Shown in pieces: positions 1-8,713 of a DNA stretch of 28,209 bases. Made by a program: the position numbers and the translations under genes. Numbering within the stretch: position 1 is the first letter of the stretch; each line of letters starts with the position of its first letter. Below the pieces are notes generated by a model that ran no database searches, was not told the origin of the DNA, and saw nothing but the letters and a program-made list of their open reading frames with translations. The DNA is from a virus (lineage: Duplodnaviria; Caudoviricetes): IMG/VR virus record IMGVR_UViG_3300038673_000236, positions 1-28,209 of that record. One strand, 5' to 3'.

Positions 1-1
1 G

Positions 2-244
2 AGGAGAGCAGGAATCACCAGGCGCATGCGCCAGTACGATTTGCGACACATGGCGGCTACCGACATGCTCGAACCAAGAGCCGACCTCAAAAGCGTTTCG
101 GAGATCCTCGGGCACGCCTCGCCAGACATGACCCTGCGGCAGTATCAACACGTCAACACTGCACAGCGCCGGGCCGCGGTCGAGGTGCTTGGTAAGCGCT
201 TACCAGATTACCAGAAAAACGAGAACGAAAAAACGGCGGGATAG
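2..244 (+). CDS. int: Tyrosine recombinase/phage integrase, C-terminal part (5' truncated by window)
   Basis: Frame open from base 2 (RRAGITRRMRQYDLRH...); YDLRH (H/Y-x-x-R), LGH and downstream catalytic Tyr (LRQY) motifs; abuts a tRNA-derived att core. Confidence 0.93.
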   Translation, partial: RRAGITRRMRQYDLRHMAATDMLEPRADLKSVSEILGHASPDMTLRQYQHVNTAQRRAAVEVLGKRLPDYQKNENEKTAG

Positions 245-263
245 ATGCTGAATTCCCGCCGTT
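228..263 (-). terminator. Intrinsic terminator for leftward transcription, overlapping int stop and att core edge
   Basis: AACGGCGGGA (232-241) / TCCCGCCGTT (254-263) 10-bp stem, with a T run on the minus strand. Confidence 0.6.
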
Positions 264-306
264 CGGGACGCTGGGGTCGGAGGTTCGAATCCTCTCTTCC
301 CGACCA
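260..306 (+). other. 3' half of tRNA-Pro(CGG), the att common core; not a complete tRNA
   Basis: CG-TTCGGGA-CGCTG anticodon loop, GGAGGTTCGAATCCTCT T-arm, acceptor 3' strand ending CCGACCA; no D-arm or 5' acceptor strand upstream. Confidence 0.92.
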
Positions 307-354
307 CTTAGAGCACATTGCTATAAAAAATGCTTACCAATGCTTACCAAGAGG

Positions 355-641
355 TCAGATGCTTACCCATTTATTTGATACCGCAAGGAGTTTAACGACG
401 CTATTACCGGACAACGCGTATGTAGCTGATCCGTCAATTGTTTGCCCACCAGCAGCGGCAATTGTGTGCGCGTTTGTATCCGTAGCCTTAAATGTGAATG
501 TTATACCATCTGAGTCGCTATCTACTGTTGGCAGGGTTTGAGTTGTCACGGATGTTTTTAGCAGGACGACTCTAGCTTAGCAAACAGCTTCGCGCCAACC
601 GGATTAATAGGAGCAGCACTTGTATCAATATTCAAAGTCAT
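355..641 (-). pseudogene. Internally deleted or frameshifted tail-fibre/tail-spike-like gene remnant
   Basis: RBS+ATG at 641 gives 27 aa (MTLNIDTSAAPINPVGAKLFAKLESSC*). Another frame from ~576 reads VVLLKTSVTTQTLP...AAGGQTIDGSATYAL...KW, resembling a C-terminal beta module of phage fibre proteins, with no RBS. Confidence 0.55.
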
Positions 642-643
642 AA

Positions 644-802
644 TCACCCCTTCTTAACGGCAAAAAGTTGCCCATCAACTTTTACAAATTGCCCATCAAC
701 CTTTAGCCACTCATACCCGCTCGGCGGACTATTAGACGGCATCCCCATCGGACTATGCACAGCAGGCTTAAACGGCGTATGTACCACCCTAGCAATCCCC
801 AT
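644..802 (-). CDS. 52-aa hypothetical protein with a KVDGQ x2 repeat (not in the ORF track)
   Basis: MGIARVVHTPFKPAVHSPMGMPSNSPPSGYEWLKVDGQFVKVDGQLFAVKKG*; start overlaps the upstream stop (TGATG); its end supplies the RBS for the next ATG. Confidence 0.65.
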   Translation of the reverse strand: MGIARVVHTPFKPAVHSPMGMPSNSPPSGYEWLKVDGQFVKVDGQLFAVKKG

Positions 803-1002
803 CACACCCCCCTATATCCAGCAGATTTATGGACAGCCTCGACAATGCCGATCAGCACGTTGGCCAGGTCGTAACCGGTAATCCCGGACAACTCAATCTC
901 AGCGGAAAATTTGATCTTCACGGCGATTACTCCTTGTTGGCAAACGACACGGTTCAGTTTCGATGGGTCAACTGTTGATGCCATCTTGCTTCTCGGCTGC
1001 AT
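802..1002 (-). CDS. Hypothetical protein (alternative GTG start at 921 with AAGGAG RBS)
   Basis: Tightly packed after the endolysin and translationally coupled to the next ORF. Confidence 0.55.
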   Translation of the reverse strand: MQPRSKMASTVDPSKLNRVVCQQGVIAVKIKFSAEIELSGITGYDLANVLIGIVEAVHKSAGYRGV

Positions 1003-1005
1003 GGT

Positions 1006-1350
1006 CTACTTGGCCCCTTCGTGTTCCAGGCTGTAGTGGTTTCCATCCTGGAACCTACCTCCCCACACGCCTCCTTGCTTTTCCCACCAAAGGCCAAGCG
1101 GTAGGTGGTCACTCGACTTGTCGAGATACTTTCCATCGCGGAAAAGGTTCAAGTCGATAGCCAGGCGTAGCTTGTGGCAGCTCCTTGCAGCCCCGTAGCC
1201 GCGTTTCTCCCCAAACGGACCAAACACCCTGCCGTCCCGGTAGGCGTCGCCTAGCGTCACCTCAAAGCCCATGGCGTGCGCCTGATCGATAAGGCGGGCA
1301 ACCATGCGGGCAAACCGCCTCTGCTTCTGGCCTAATGTTTCATCGCTCAT
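1006..1350 (-). CDS. Endolysin, M15-family Zn peptidase
   Basis: S-x-H-x-x-R-L-A-I-D and WGGRF-x-D-x-x-H motifs; position after the tail tip genes. Confidence 0.9.
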   Translation of the reverse strand: MSDETLGQKQRRFARMVARLIDQAHAMGFEVTLGDAYRDGRVFGPFGEKRGYGAARSCHKLRLAIDLNLFRDGKYLDKSSDHLPLGLWWEKQGGVWGGRFQDGNHYSLEHEGAK

Positions 1351-1760
1351 TGATCCCTCCTCTCGCCTTTTGGAGTGGGGGAAAACTCGTGCCTCCTCCG
1401 GTCGAGACGTACAAACATTGCCTGGACATCTTTCTGTGTCTCTCCGTGAAGCGCTGCGATGACTGCAAGCTCTGTCCTGATCGACTCCAGGTGTCCGGCG
1501 CTGCGCAGGGCGTGCTCGTCAATCGCATGCTTGACGGCGTGCTGAACAATCTCTTTGATATCTGATTTTAGAGTGGCCTGGCATTTTGATTGATCGCGCT
1601 CAAGGGTTGAAACATCGCTTTTCAGGGTGGCAATCTGCTGCTTGACTGACTCCAGCATCCCCCGCGACACCCACCCTCCGACGGCTGCCCCACCAAGCAT
1701 AGATCCGATGATGCTAAGGCCCCATCGCCACCATCCGAAATCGTTTGTCGGATAGCTCAC
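1347..1760 (-). CDS. Membrane-anchored coiled-coil protein, putative holin/antiholin
   Basis: N-terminal hydrophobic segment followed by a coiled coil; directly upstream of the endolysin. Confidence 0.6.
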   Translation of the reverse strand: MSYPTNDFGWWRWGLSIIGSMLGGAAVGGWVSRGMLESVKQQIATLKSDVSTLERDQSKCQATLKSDIKEIVQHAVKHAIDEHALRSAGHLESIRTELAVIAALHGETQKDVQAMFVRLDRRRHEFSPTPKGERRDQ

Positions 1761-1761
1761 G

Positions 1762-2085
1762 TTACGCTCCCGATTGATTGGTATTTGCGTTTTCTCGTTT
1801 CGACTTGAGCCAGGTGCGTGTCAGTGACGTGACCGTAGACAACAGGGTAAGCGCCCAAGCGCTTCCGGCTCCCGACGGCCTGGCTACCTCATGGCCGGTT
1901 GCCTGCTGCACTGCCTGCGCAACCTGTCCAACCTGATCGGTTGGCAATTGAGAAAGAGTAGCGTCAGTGAGCACTAAGAGCAAAACTTGTTTGACGGTTG
2001 CCCCATCTACCCCGAGCATGTGCATGCCGATGATTACCACAACGGCAATGGCTAATTTCAGCTCCCTTCCTTTTTCACCGTTCAC
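1762..2085 (-). CDS. Putative holin-like membrane protein
   Basis: Two to three hydrophobic segments and a basic C-terminus; lysis-cassette position. Confidence 0.55.
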   Translation of the reverse strand: MNGEKGRELKLAIAVVVIIGMHMLGVDGATVKQVLLLVLTDATLSQLPTDQVGQVAQAVQQATGHEVARPSGAGSAWALTLLSTVTSLTRTWLKSKRENANTNQSGA

Positions 2086-5000
2086 CCTGACACCTCCAGT
2101 TCTGCGCTGAACACAAGATCAGCAATGTTTTGGTAGTAGGCATTCGTCGCCGCGACTTTGAAATAATGGGCGTATGGAGCGGTCAGGTCTACCGCTACCG
2201 TAGCGCTGAGATTTGCCCCGCTGTAAACCAGCGTTCCTTCTGTTACCGGGTCAAACCCCTCTTCTTCTCCAAGGTAAAGCCGATATCCTGTCGCTCCGGT
2301 TACCGCACCCCAAGAGAGAATCACTGCTCCGGTAAGCACTGATTGAAGAACCGGACCGGAAGGCGCCGACAATGCCGACACGGTGATGTCTTGAATCGCC
2401 CACAGACCAAGTTCAGCCCCCATGACAGCCGCGACTCGCACGGTGAACGCCGGCCATGGGCCACCAGCCTGTTGCAGGTCGGAGAGGGCGATGGTTGCCG
2501 ATTCCTCGGTGACGTATCGTAGCCCTTTCGATTCATCTGCAACGAGTATCTCTACGTTATAGCCAATCGCCCCGGTTACAGCGGTCCATGTGGCTGTGAT
2601 TTGATCGGCACCTGCCGTCACGGAAAGCCCTGTGGGAGCTGGTGTCACTGTGATTGTCGATGTGAGAGCCTGAAGGGTGATTAGCTCACCGTTATAGTAG
2701 GGAGTCACCTTTACAGTAATCGTGGTTGCATCCACCGCCTCGAACGATTTGGTGAACGCCTGAAACAGGTCTTCAATGATGGTGTAACCCGACCCAAGGT
2801 TGACCTCTACCCGGAACACCGTTGAAGATCCTGACCACGAAGCCCGATACTCATCGTCACCAACAAGGAGCAGGGAGACCGATGCAAGAGGGCTTCCGGG
2901 CGGGTATGGCTCTGGCCGCGATGGGGCCGCTCCCGGAATATCGTAAGTTGAGTCGTCGATGATGGTTCCAAACAATTTTACTTTGTTCCGTGCCTGCGGC
3001 TGGATACCCATCAAGCGAATATAGAGCGGCTCTCTGCTTGCCGGTCCGAACAGGAACGATGATGCCTTGATATCGTCATCCTGCAATGTCTTGAGTCCGA
3101 TAATTGCCCCTGCTACGCAATGCGGATTACCGGTCTTTGTGACCGTGTAAGGCCCTCCTGTTTCCCCGTCTGCCTCAGATATGTACAGTTTTCCTGTGGT
3201 CTCGATTCCGAAGTCAACCGGTTCTGATAGCCAGATCAAACCGGACTCAACGGCGGCAATCTTCCCGCTCTGCCCCCAATCGACATGGGTAGCACCGATA
3301 GCCAGCTTCTTGAAGAGTGACGGGATGTGTCCCTTCAACCCTGTGGTGAACTCAACCACCACCCCGTTGTTCATCGTGTCGTTGTAAAGGTATGCAGCAT
3401 ATTCATACGCCTGTTGCCTGCTCAAACATCCATCAAGTGTGGTCTCAAGAGTGATTTCTTCGCTTCCCCGGCTGTCGTAGTAGACGACGTAATCGTCTTG
3501 CCATGTCACTGGATTCAGGAAGTTGACCCGAACGCATGTAGGTGAGTCGGGGGAGGCGAGCGAGTAGGTCATTTTCAACGACCCTTCATCGATATCGTCG
3601 TCGGTGTAGGTGACCGCTGGAAGGGCCTGGTAATCGTCACGCACCAAACAAAACTGACCGCCCGGGAGATACGGTACCATGCGGGAACATTGCGCGGCCT
3701 TCTTGACTGCATCCATCACCGACTCCTGGCCGGTGAACGCATAATTAAACGAATGGCCGAGGTATTCGACCGTTGTTTTCAGAGCGTGGATAATCTCCCA
3801 CTTGAGGAATGAAGATGGCTGGCGCCCGCCATTCTGACTTGTGACGATGTAGGCTATTGCGTCAAAAATTGATGTGGTCGCCACCATTGACGTGCCGAAC
3901 CCTGAATTGCCTACAGGATAAAGCATCCGCGTTGCTACCACGTTGATCTTGTTGACTACTTCTCCGTTTAGGCGCTCTGTGGCTCGAACTCGACCTTCTA
4001 TACAGGTAACATCTCCATAATACGGGTGCTCTGGTCCGTAGCCGCGCAGCCCAGTCACAATCACATTGTCTGAAATCTTCTCGCTCGCGCTTTTTGCGCT
4101 TGTTCTTCTTACTCTGAATTGATAGCGGCCGGCACCGAAAGGAACTGCCACCTTGTTCGAATATCGCAACGGGCTGATAGATGCCGCTACGTAAGTCCTT
4201 CCATGGATTTGTGCCCAATCTGTCAACGCTGTCCCGTCATCATCAACAAGCCTAGCCTCTGCAACCACTGTCACCATACAGGCAACACGTTCTCCCTCTC
4301 CGTTGAATCCAATAAGAGCCTGAAAGAGTACGTCATATTCGATTTGCTCGACCGATGTTCCTCTTGCCGAGACGATGGCTGTTACCCAGTCCTGGCTTAA
4401 CTCTTGGCCGCTTATTTCCTGGCTTGTCCAAACAACACGGGGCACAATTGTCGGGATGCTTTCGTAATACCTTCCGTCAGCGAGCAATGTCTGCCCTGGA
4501 GGAAGAATATTGTAAGCTGCGTCTGCGTATTCAGAAATCGGTGTTTCGCCGATGTAGATGCCGTGAATAGAGTAATGGCCTACACCAACAATCATGTAAA
4601 AATAAAGGAATTGCTCGTTGTTCTCTATGCTCACATAGGATAGCTGGACAAGATCAGGAAACCGCTTGAAGTAACCAAAGCATTCTGCGAATGGTTGCCC
4701 GATGCGCAGCGCGTTTCCACCTGCATTGATCGAGTAAATCTTGTTCGGCTGGCCTTGGTCCTGTTGCGTTGTTGAGTCTGATCCGAAAAACATATTGAGC
4801 AGCAGCGAACCAGCGATAAGCACGCCGGCTTGTACTGCCGCCCCGGCAACGCCCCCCAATGCTGCGGCAGCTATGCCGCCCGTGTACACCGACGCGACAA
4901 TCAAGGCGATGGTTGCGATGATTTGCAGGGGGTTACTTCCCCCGCCTCCACGCGGCAATTCGACAAAGCGCACTGTCGCACCGATCGGCACCGGGCAATC

Positions 5001-5180
5001 CCAGTCTTTGCGCGACCAATACCCGCCGCCTTCTCGGCTTTCAACGAGACAAAGAACCCTGCGAGTGAACACCAACCGGTATTCCCTGATCAGCTCGTTT
5101 GGTGACAGCCCTTCAATCACGCCAAGGAATTCCTTGTCGTGATCGAGAACTATCGGATTCCAGGATTCTCTAAGCTGCAT
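2082..5180 (-). CDS. Tail tip/host-specificity protein (lambda gpI+gpJ-like) with C-terminal FN3-like domains
   Basis: 1032 aa; PRGGGGSNPL followed by a Gly/Ala hydrophobic segment (gpI-like); N-x-x-R-I-G-Q-P-x-x-E-x-F-G...PDL J motif; WTAVTGAIGY and WGAVTGATGY FN3-like repeats. Confidence 0.9.
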   Translation of the reverse strand: MQLRESWNPIVLDHDKEFLGVIEGLSPNELIREYRLVFTRRVLCLVESREGGGYWSRKDWDCPVPIGATVRFVELPRGGGGSNPLQIIATIALIVASVYTGGIAAAALGGVAGAAVQAGVLIAGSLLLNMFFGSDSTTQQDQGQPNKIYSINAGGNALRIGQPFAECFGYFKRFPDLVQLSYVSIENNEQFLYFYMIVGVGHYSIHGIYIGETPISEYADAAYNILPPGQTLLADGRYYESIPTIVPRVVWTSQEISGQELSQDWVTAIVSARGTSVEQIEYDVLFQALIGFNGEGERVACMVTVVAEARLVDDDGTALTDWAQIHGRTYVAASISPLRYSNKVAVPFGAGRYQFRVRRTSAKSASEKISDNVIVTGLRGYGPEHPYYGDVTCIEGRVRATERLNGEVVNKINVVATRMLYPVGNSGFGTSMVATTSIFDAIAYIVTSQNGGRQPSSFLKWEIIHALKTTVEYLGHSFNYAFTGQESVMDAVKKAAQCSRMVPYLPGGQFCLVRDDYQALPAVTYTDDDIDEGSLKMTYSLASPDSPTCVRVNFLNPVTWQDDYVVYYDSRGSEEITLETTLDGCLSRQQAYEYAAYLYNDTMNNGVVVEFTTGLKGHIPSLFKKLAIGATHVDWGQSGKIAAVESGLIWLSEPVDFGIETTGKLYISEADGETGGPYTVTKTGNPHCVAGAIIGLKTLQDDDIKASSFLFGPASREPLYIRLMGIQPQARNKVKLFGTIIDDSTYDIPGAAPSRPEPYPPGSPLASVSLLLVGDDEYRASWSGSSTVFRVEVNLGSGYTIIEDLFQAFTKSFEAVDATTITVKVTPYYNGELITLQALTSTITVTPAPTGLSVTAGADQITATWTAVTGAIGYNVEILVADESKGLRYVTEESATIALSDLQQAGGPWPAFTVRVAAVMGAELGLWAIQDITVSALSAPSGPVLQSVLTGAVILSWGAVTGATGYRLYLGEEEGFDPVTEGTLVYSGANLSATVAVDLTAPYAHYFKVAATNAYYQNIADLVFSAELEVSG

Positions 5181-5565
5181 GCGTCCAATAACTGTTAATT
5201 TTCCACCCGTTCAGAGCAAGATCGGTGATGTCTGACACTACCATGCCAACCCCTTCCAGGGCATGGATGATATGCATTTTACCACCGGGAAAGATTACCA
5301 TTCCAAGGTGGTGGGCCTCTTTCCCTTGAGACATAAAAACACCGTCACCTTCCTTAGGGGTATTCGTCTCTTTGTAACCAAACATCTCAAGGATGTTCCC
5401 GCGCATGACTCGCACTGCGCTGGCCAGTAGCCGCTTGTGATCGATCAGGTTGCAATGCGGAACGTCGATATTGAATTGCTCCTTACTGATAACCCGAAAC
5501 CAGTGTAAGCAGTCCTCTTTGTCTGACCACTTTGCACCGCAATACTTTTCAGCCCAATGCTCCAT
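5170..5565 (-). CDS. NlpC/P60-like tail tip protein (gpK-like)
   Basis: DC, HHLG and IIHA Cys-His-His pattern; lies between the gpL-like and J-like genes. Confidence 0.8.
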   Translation of the reverse strand: MEHWAEKYCGAKWSDKEDCLHWFRVISKEQFNIDVPHCNLIDHKRLLASAVRVMRGNILEMFGYKETNTPKEGDGVFMSQGKEAHHLGMVIFPGGKMHIIHALEGVGMVVSDITDLALNGWKINSYWTHAA

Positions 5566-5568
5566 GAT

Positions 5569-6492
5569 TTATACCCTTGCCCCCGGTAAAATAGTGGTGG
5601 TCATCAGCCGGCGCGGAAATTTCATCGCGGTCAGCATCGGGAAACTGGCGTTTATCGTGGCGCCAAGCGCCGTCTGTTCAACGCTGGTGACATCGAGCGG
5701 AATAGGGTAATGGGCGTCTGGCTCCTGATTCGGTCCAAGGTACTGACGCCAGTAGACAGTGACCTTTCCCCTTGACCTGCACGTTTCCAATATCCAGAGC
5801 TGCGCAGACAGCGGAAGGAAATCAACAGTGATTTGCATCACCCCAACAACCCCGCCTTCTGTCTCTGGATGCTTGCAACCGAACTTGCATGGAATGAATG
5901 TACCCTGCGGAGTCTCAAGCTCTTCGTCGGAATGGACCACAAGAATCTTGTCTCCAGATACGGAATCAGAGAACTCCAGGGTGTCGTAAAACGTGTCGTC
6001 TCCAGGCTCTGCATACGCCTCGGCGATAGCCTGATCTAGCGTGATCGGCATCGGCTGGTCTGTTGCATAGATCGGCCTGGTACCGTTCAGAGTAAGCGAC
6101 TCTTGAATTGAGCATGAGAACACGAAAACGAATACAGCCGCGAATATTGGCGGCCCGTACCGTGTAACCTCGATATCGATCAGTGCCGATGTCATCGCGG
6201 GAATTATCATTCCCTCGGAAACACCTACAACATTGATACCGCTTGTTTGCGAGTAGATGATATCAGCAACCGATGCGGATGATCCGGTTCCATTGTAAAG
6301 GAATACGCGCCTGAAAACGCTTATATCTGCAACATATCCAACATCGTCAATATGATATTTGAACGGTGTGTGACCAACTGCCGACATGTTTGTCATCCGC
6401 TCCGATAGCCCGGCAAATGGCACATGTTCTGATGGGTAGATTACTCCTGCCGCCATCAGAGCCTCGTCAACAGGAGCCCGCACCGCCGCCAC
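5569..6492 (-). CDS. Minor tail protein: N-terminal extension fused to a DUF1833/gpL-like domain (from MPITLDQAIAEAYA)
   Basis: C-terminal ~170 aa shows the EAYA...DTLE...FP signature; GTG start lacks an RBS and is probably the continuation of 6456-6743. Confidence 0.75.
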   Translation of the reverse strand: MAAVRAPVDEALMAAGVIYPSEHVPFAGLSERMTNMSAVGHTPFKYHIDDVGYVADISVFRRVFLYNGTGSSASVADIIYSQTSGINVVGVSEGMIIPAMTSALIDIEVTRYGPPIFAAVFVFVFSCSIQESLTLNGTRPIYATDQPMPITLDQAIAEAYAEPGDDTFYDTLEFSDSVSGDKILVVHSDEELETPQGTFIPCKFGCKHPETEGGVVGVMQITVDFLPLSAQLWILETCRSRGKVTVYWRQYLGPNQEPDAHYPIPLDVTSVEQTALGATINASFPMLTAMKFPRRLMTTTILPGARV

Positions 6493-6743
6493 GGGTCAAG
6501 TAGGTCAAAAGGTGGCGCTCCGGTAACGGTCCATGAAACGACTTCGATCGGGCCATTGTCGGTCATCAGTCCAGCCAGCATTGGTGGGGTGTCTGCGATA
6601 TAGGGAACATCGGCATCCCAATCGAACCCTGGATAGTTGTGCTGCTCAACGGAGTTGGTCGCTCCAGAGAACGCAACCGGATCGCTCTGATAGATGACTC
6701 CGTAAATGGTGCCATGGAGCAGGAGAAGGTCGCTTGCAGGCAT
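6456..6743 (-). CDS. Tail-associated hypothetical protein; probable N-terminus of 5569-6492, split by a 1-nt frameshift near 6493-6495
   Basis: Adding one C to GAC CC|GTG gives continuous FDLLDPVAAVRAP. Confidence 0.55.
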   Translation of the reverse strand: MPASDLLLLHGTIYGVIYQSDPVAFSGATNSVEQHNYPGFDWDADVPYIADTPPMLAGLMTDNGPIEVVSWTVTGAPPFDLLDPWRRCGLLLTRL

Positions 6744-6746
6744 GGG

Positions 6747-7072
6747 TTACGCTCGCAGCAATTTCCACGGGTACGACCGTCCGGTGCCAGCCGTCTGCGT
6801 AATGGTGGCTATGATCTCCACGTCGACCGGGATGGCGTCCGACCGCCAATCAGGCACCGACTGCGCCCCGGAGAGCGTCACTTCCTGTGTGACTTTCGAT
6901 GTGCTCCCGGACAATACCTTGTTTTTGAGACGAATCACGGTAGTGTCGCCCGATGTCATGGCCGAAGTGTCCACCATGAGCACATAGAACCGACGCCGGT
7001 TTGCTGCGTCAGCGAGTGCTCTGTACTGATTGTTGCGGCTTGTGTGCCGCTTGCCGCTGCTACAACGCCCAT
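6747..7072 (-). pseudogene. Small beta-rich virion protein split by a 1-nt frameshift near 6986-6990
   Basis: RBS+ATG at 7072 gives MGVVAAASGTQAATISTEHSLTQQTGVG and then stops at 6956; the adjacent frame continues YVLMVDTSAMTSGDTT...YPWKLLRA*. Confidence 0.7.
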
Positions 7073-7082
7073 TTCCGCCCCC

Positions 7083-7850
7083 TTATGCGCTCAGTTTGAA
7101 CAGCAAATCTCTTGATCCAGATACCAAATACCCAAACGGCATTACCAAGTAATCGACTCCGCCGATTGGAATCGTTTCCTCGGGTACATACACGTTCCCA
7201 GCGTTGATCCTGTATAATCCAGGGGCAACCCCGATAGGATGCAGTAACGTCGTCACCGTGTTGCAAACGAAAATTGTTACAGGTATCGGCATGATGGCAG
7301 CGTTCAATTGGCATGGCTGTTTGTCGGCGAGCGCCGTATCCTGCGCTATACTGCCCTTGATCGCCCCAGCAACCGGAGAAGCCCCGAAATATGACCACGC
7401 TCCGTTCCGGTACAATGTCGCTTGAGTATAGGCGCTTGCAGAAAAAAAATTTACTGACGTGGACGAAACACCATGCACCATCGCTCCACCGGACCACGAC
7501 CCTATTTTGTCGACAACATTGATCAGCCCCCCCCAGTTCCACACAGAAGAATAGACCCGACCAATGTACAGGGTAGTACCGCATGAGACGAACATATAAG
7601 GCTGTCCAACGGTCAGTTGGTCGATATACACCGATGATGCATTGATAGTGCCCCCAGATGGAGTGGCATATAAACGGATCGACGATGCGTTTTGGTAGTC
7701 GATCCGAAATATCGTACCGCCCTTGGCCATCTCAACTCTTGTCGAGGTTTTTGTGCTAATGCTCCATCCGTTGGCCGTCCCAAACGCGGCCAGATTGCTC
7801 AAGAGTGTGGCAACGTCAACGAATGTGTATTTCTGATAAAGTGCCATCAA
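7083..7850 (-). CDS. Virion structural (tail-associated) protein
   Basis: F-x-x-A-NGW N-terminus and IGGVDYLVMP C-terminus; paralogous pattern to 7847-8707. Confidence 0.7.
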   Translation of the reverse strand: MMALYQKYTFVDVATLLSNLAAFGTANGWSISTKTSTRVEMAKGGTIFRIDYQNASSIRLYATPSGGTINASSVYIDQLTVGQPYMFVSCGTTLYIGRVYSSVWNWGGLINVVDKIGSWSGGAMVHGVSSTSVNFFSASAYTQATLYRNGAWSYFGASPVAGAIKGSIAQDTALADKQPCQLNAAIMPIPVTIFVCNTVTTLLHPIGVAPGLYRINAGNVYVPEETIPIGGVDYLVMPFGYLVSGSRDLLFKLSA

Positions 7851-8707
7851 TTCAACCTCAATGCACAGAAATCGCCGTTCCCGACCCTGTAAATATCGGG
7901 AAAAGCCATGTAGTTCACCCCGTCAACCGTGATGATATTTTCCGCTGTCTGCTGGTAGCCGCTGACCCGAAAGATGCCATCGATCCCGATGTATGTGTTT
8001 ACCGCTGCCAAATCAACAACGTATACCTGTTCCGGCTTGTACTCCCCTGTTGGGGCGTTGAGGATATTGGCAATTTGTATGAAATTTTCGCAAACTGACT
8101 TGAGTGTCGGGTTTAAAGCGCTGGATTGCGTGGTGCCAATCGAACCCCATACACCGCCAGGAAGCCTTAGACGACCACAGCATGCCCCACTGTAGCCAGC
8201 ACCCCAGAACGCACCAATATTTGCGTTGCCCACCGAATATGCCTGCGCTTTGGTTGTTCCACAACCACCTATTAACAATGGGTACGGATACTGTGCATCG
8301 GTGCCAACCGGGAGTCCTAGCCCAAGATGGACAAACTGGTATGTCGTCCCCACCTTGGCAACCACGATGATGCGTCTCGGATTGGCAACCATCCAATATG
8401 GAATAGCGGCGTTCCAGAAATAGGTGAACACTTTATCATCTCCGCTGGAGAGCGGGTGCATGTGTGGCTCTCTCCCGGAGCGCCACGACACCGATCCAAA
8501 CAGCTCCCAGTTGTAGTAGCCGTTCGAGGTGTCTTCGTAGGTCTCGACTCCGCAAAATATCTCGTCGGTCCCGGCAAGGCCCGTGCCTTTCAGGTACACG
8601 CGGTTCGTGGTCTGTTCCAGAATGCTCCACCCGTTTGCCGCGGCAAACGTGGTCATAATGGCAAGCAGGTCTTTATAGTTTGATGCTGTTCCGCTGGTGA
8701 AAGCCAT
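7847..8707 (-). CDS. Virion structural (tail-associated) protein, recalled as B3/YuA-like type
   Basis: MAFTSGTA...AAANGW...IPYW...RRIIVVAKVGT...YPYPLLIGG...ENIITVDG pattern. Confidence 0.75.
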   Translation of the reverse strand: MAFTSGTASNYKDLLAIMTTFAAANGWSILEQTTNRVYLKGTGLAGTDEIFCGVETYEDTSNGYYNWELFGSVSWRSGREPHMHPLSSGDDKVFTYFWNAAIPYWMVANPRRIIVVAKVGTTYQFVHLGLGLPVGTDAQYPYPLLIGGCGTTKAQAYSVGNANIGAFWGAGYSGACCGRLRLPGGVWGSIGTTQSSALNPTLKSVCENFIQIANILNAPTGEYKPEQVYVVDLAAVNTYIGIDGIFRVSGYQQTAENIITVDGVNYMAFPDIYRVGNGDFCALRLN

Positions 8708-8713
8708 TCGTCG

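Larger units (their letters stand above)
189..368. mobile_element. Putative attP: tRNA-Pro core flanked by arm-type repeats GCTTACC(A)
   Basis: TTGGTAAGC 189-197 (inverted), GCTTACCA 198-205 and GATTACCA 206-213 on the left; ATGCTTACCA 330-339 and 340-349 and ATGCTTACCC 359-368 on the right of the tRNA fragment. Confidence 0.8.

Noticed and set aside
2-244. Integrase as an integron integrase (IntI)
   Set aside because: Only the C-terminus is visible, so the IntI-specific insertion cannot be assessed; the tRNA att core and arm sites indicate an ordinary phage integrase
245-306. Complete tRNA gene, or ORF 245-541
   Set aside because: The 5' half of the tRNA is absent; the ORF is a read-through of att DNA, antisense to another gene remnant
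668-700. TTGCCCATCAAC direct repeat with 21-bp period as an operator or arm site
   Set aside because: Explained by the coding repeat KVDGQ in the 644-802 ORF
2082-8707. Diversity-generating retroelement or invertible tail-fibre cassette
   Set aside because: No reverse transcriptase, invertase, TR/VR pair or inverted crossover sites were seen
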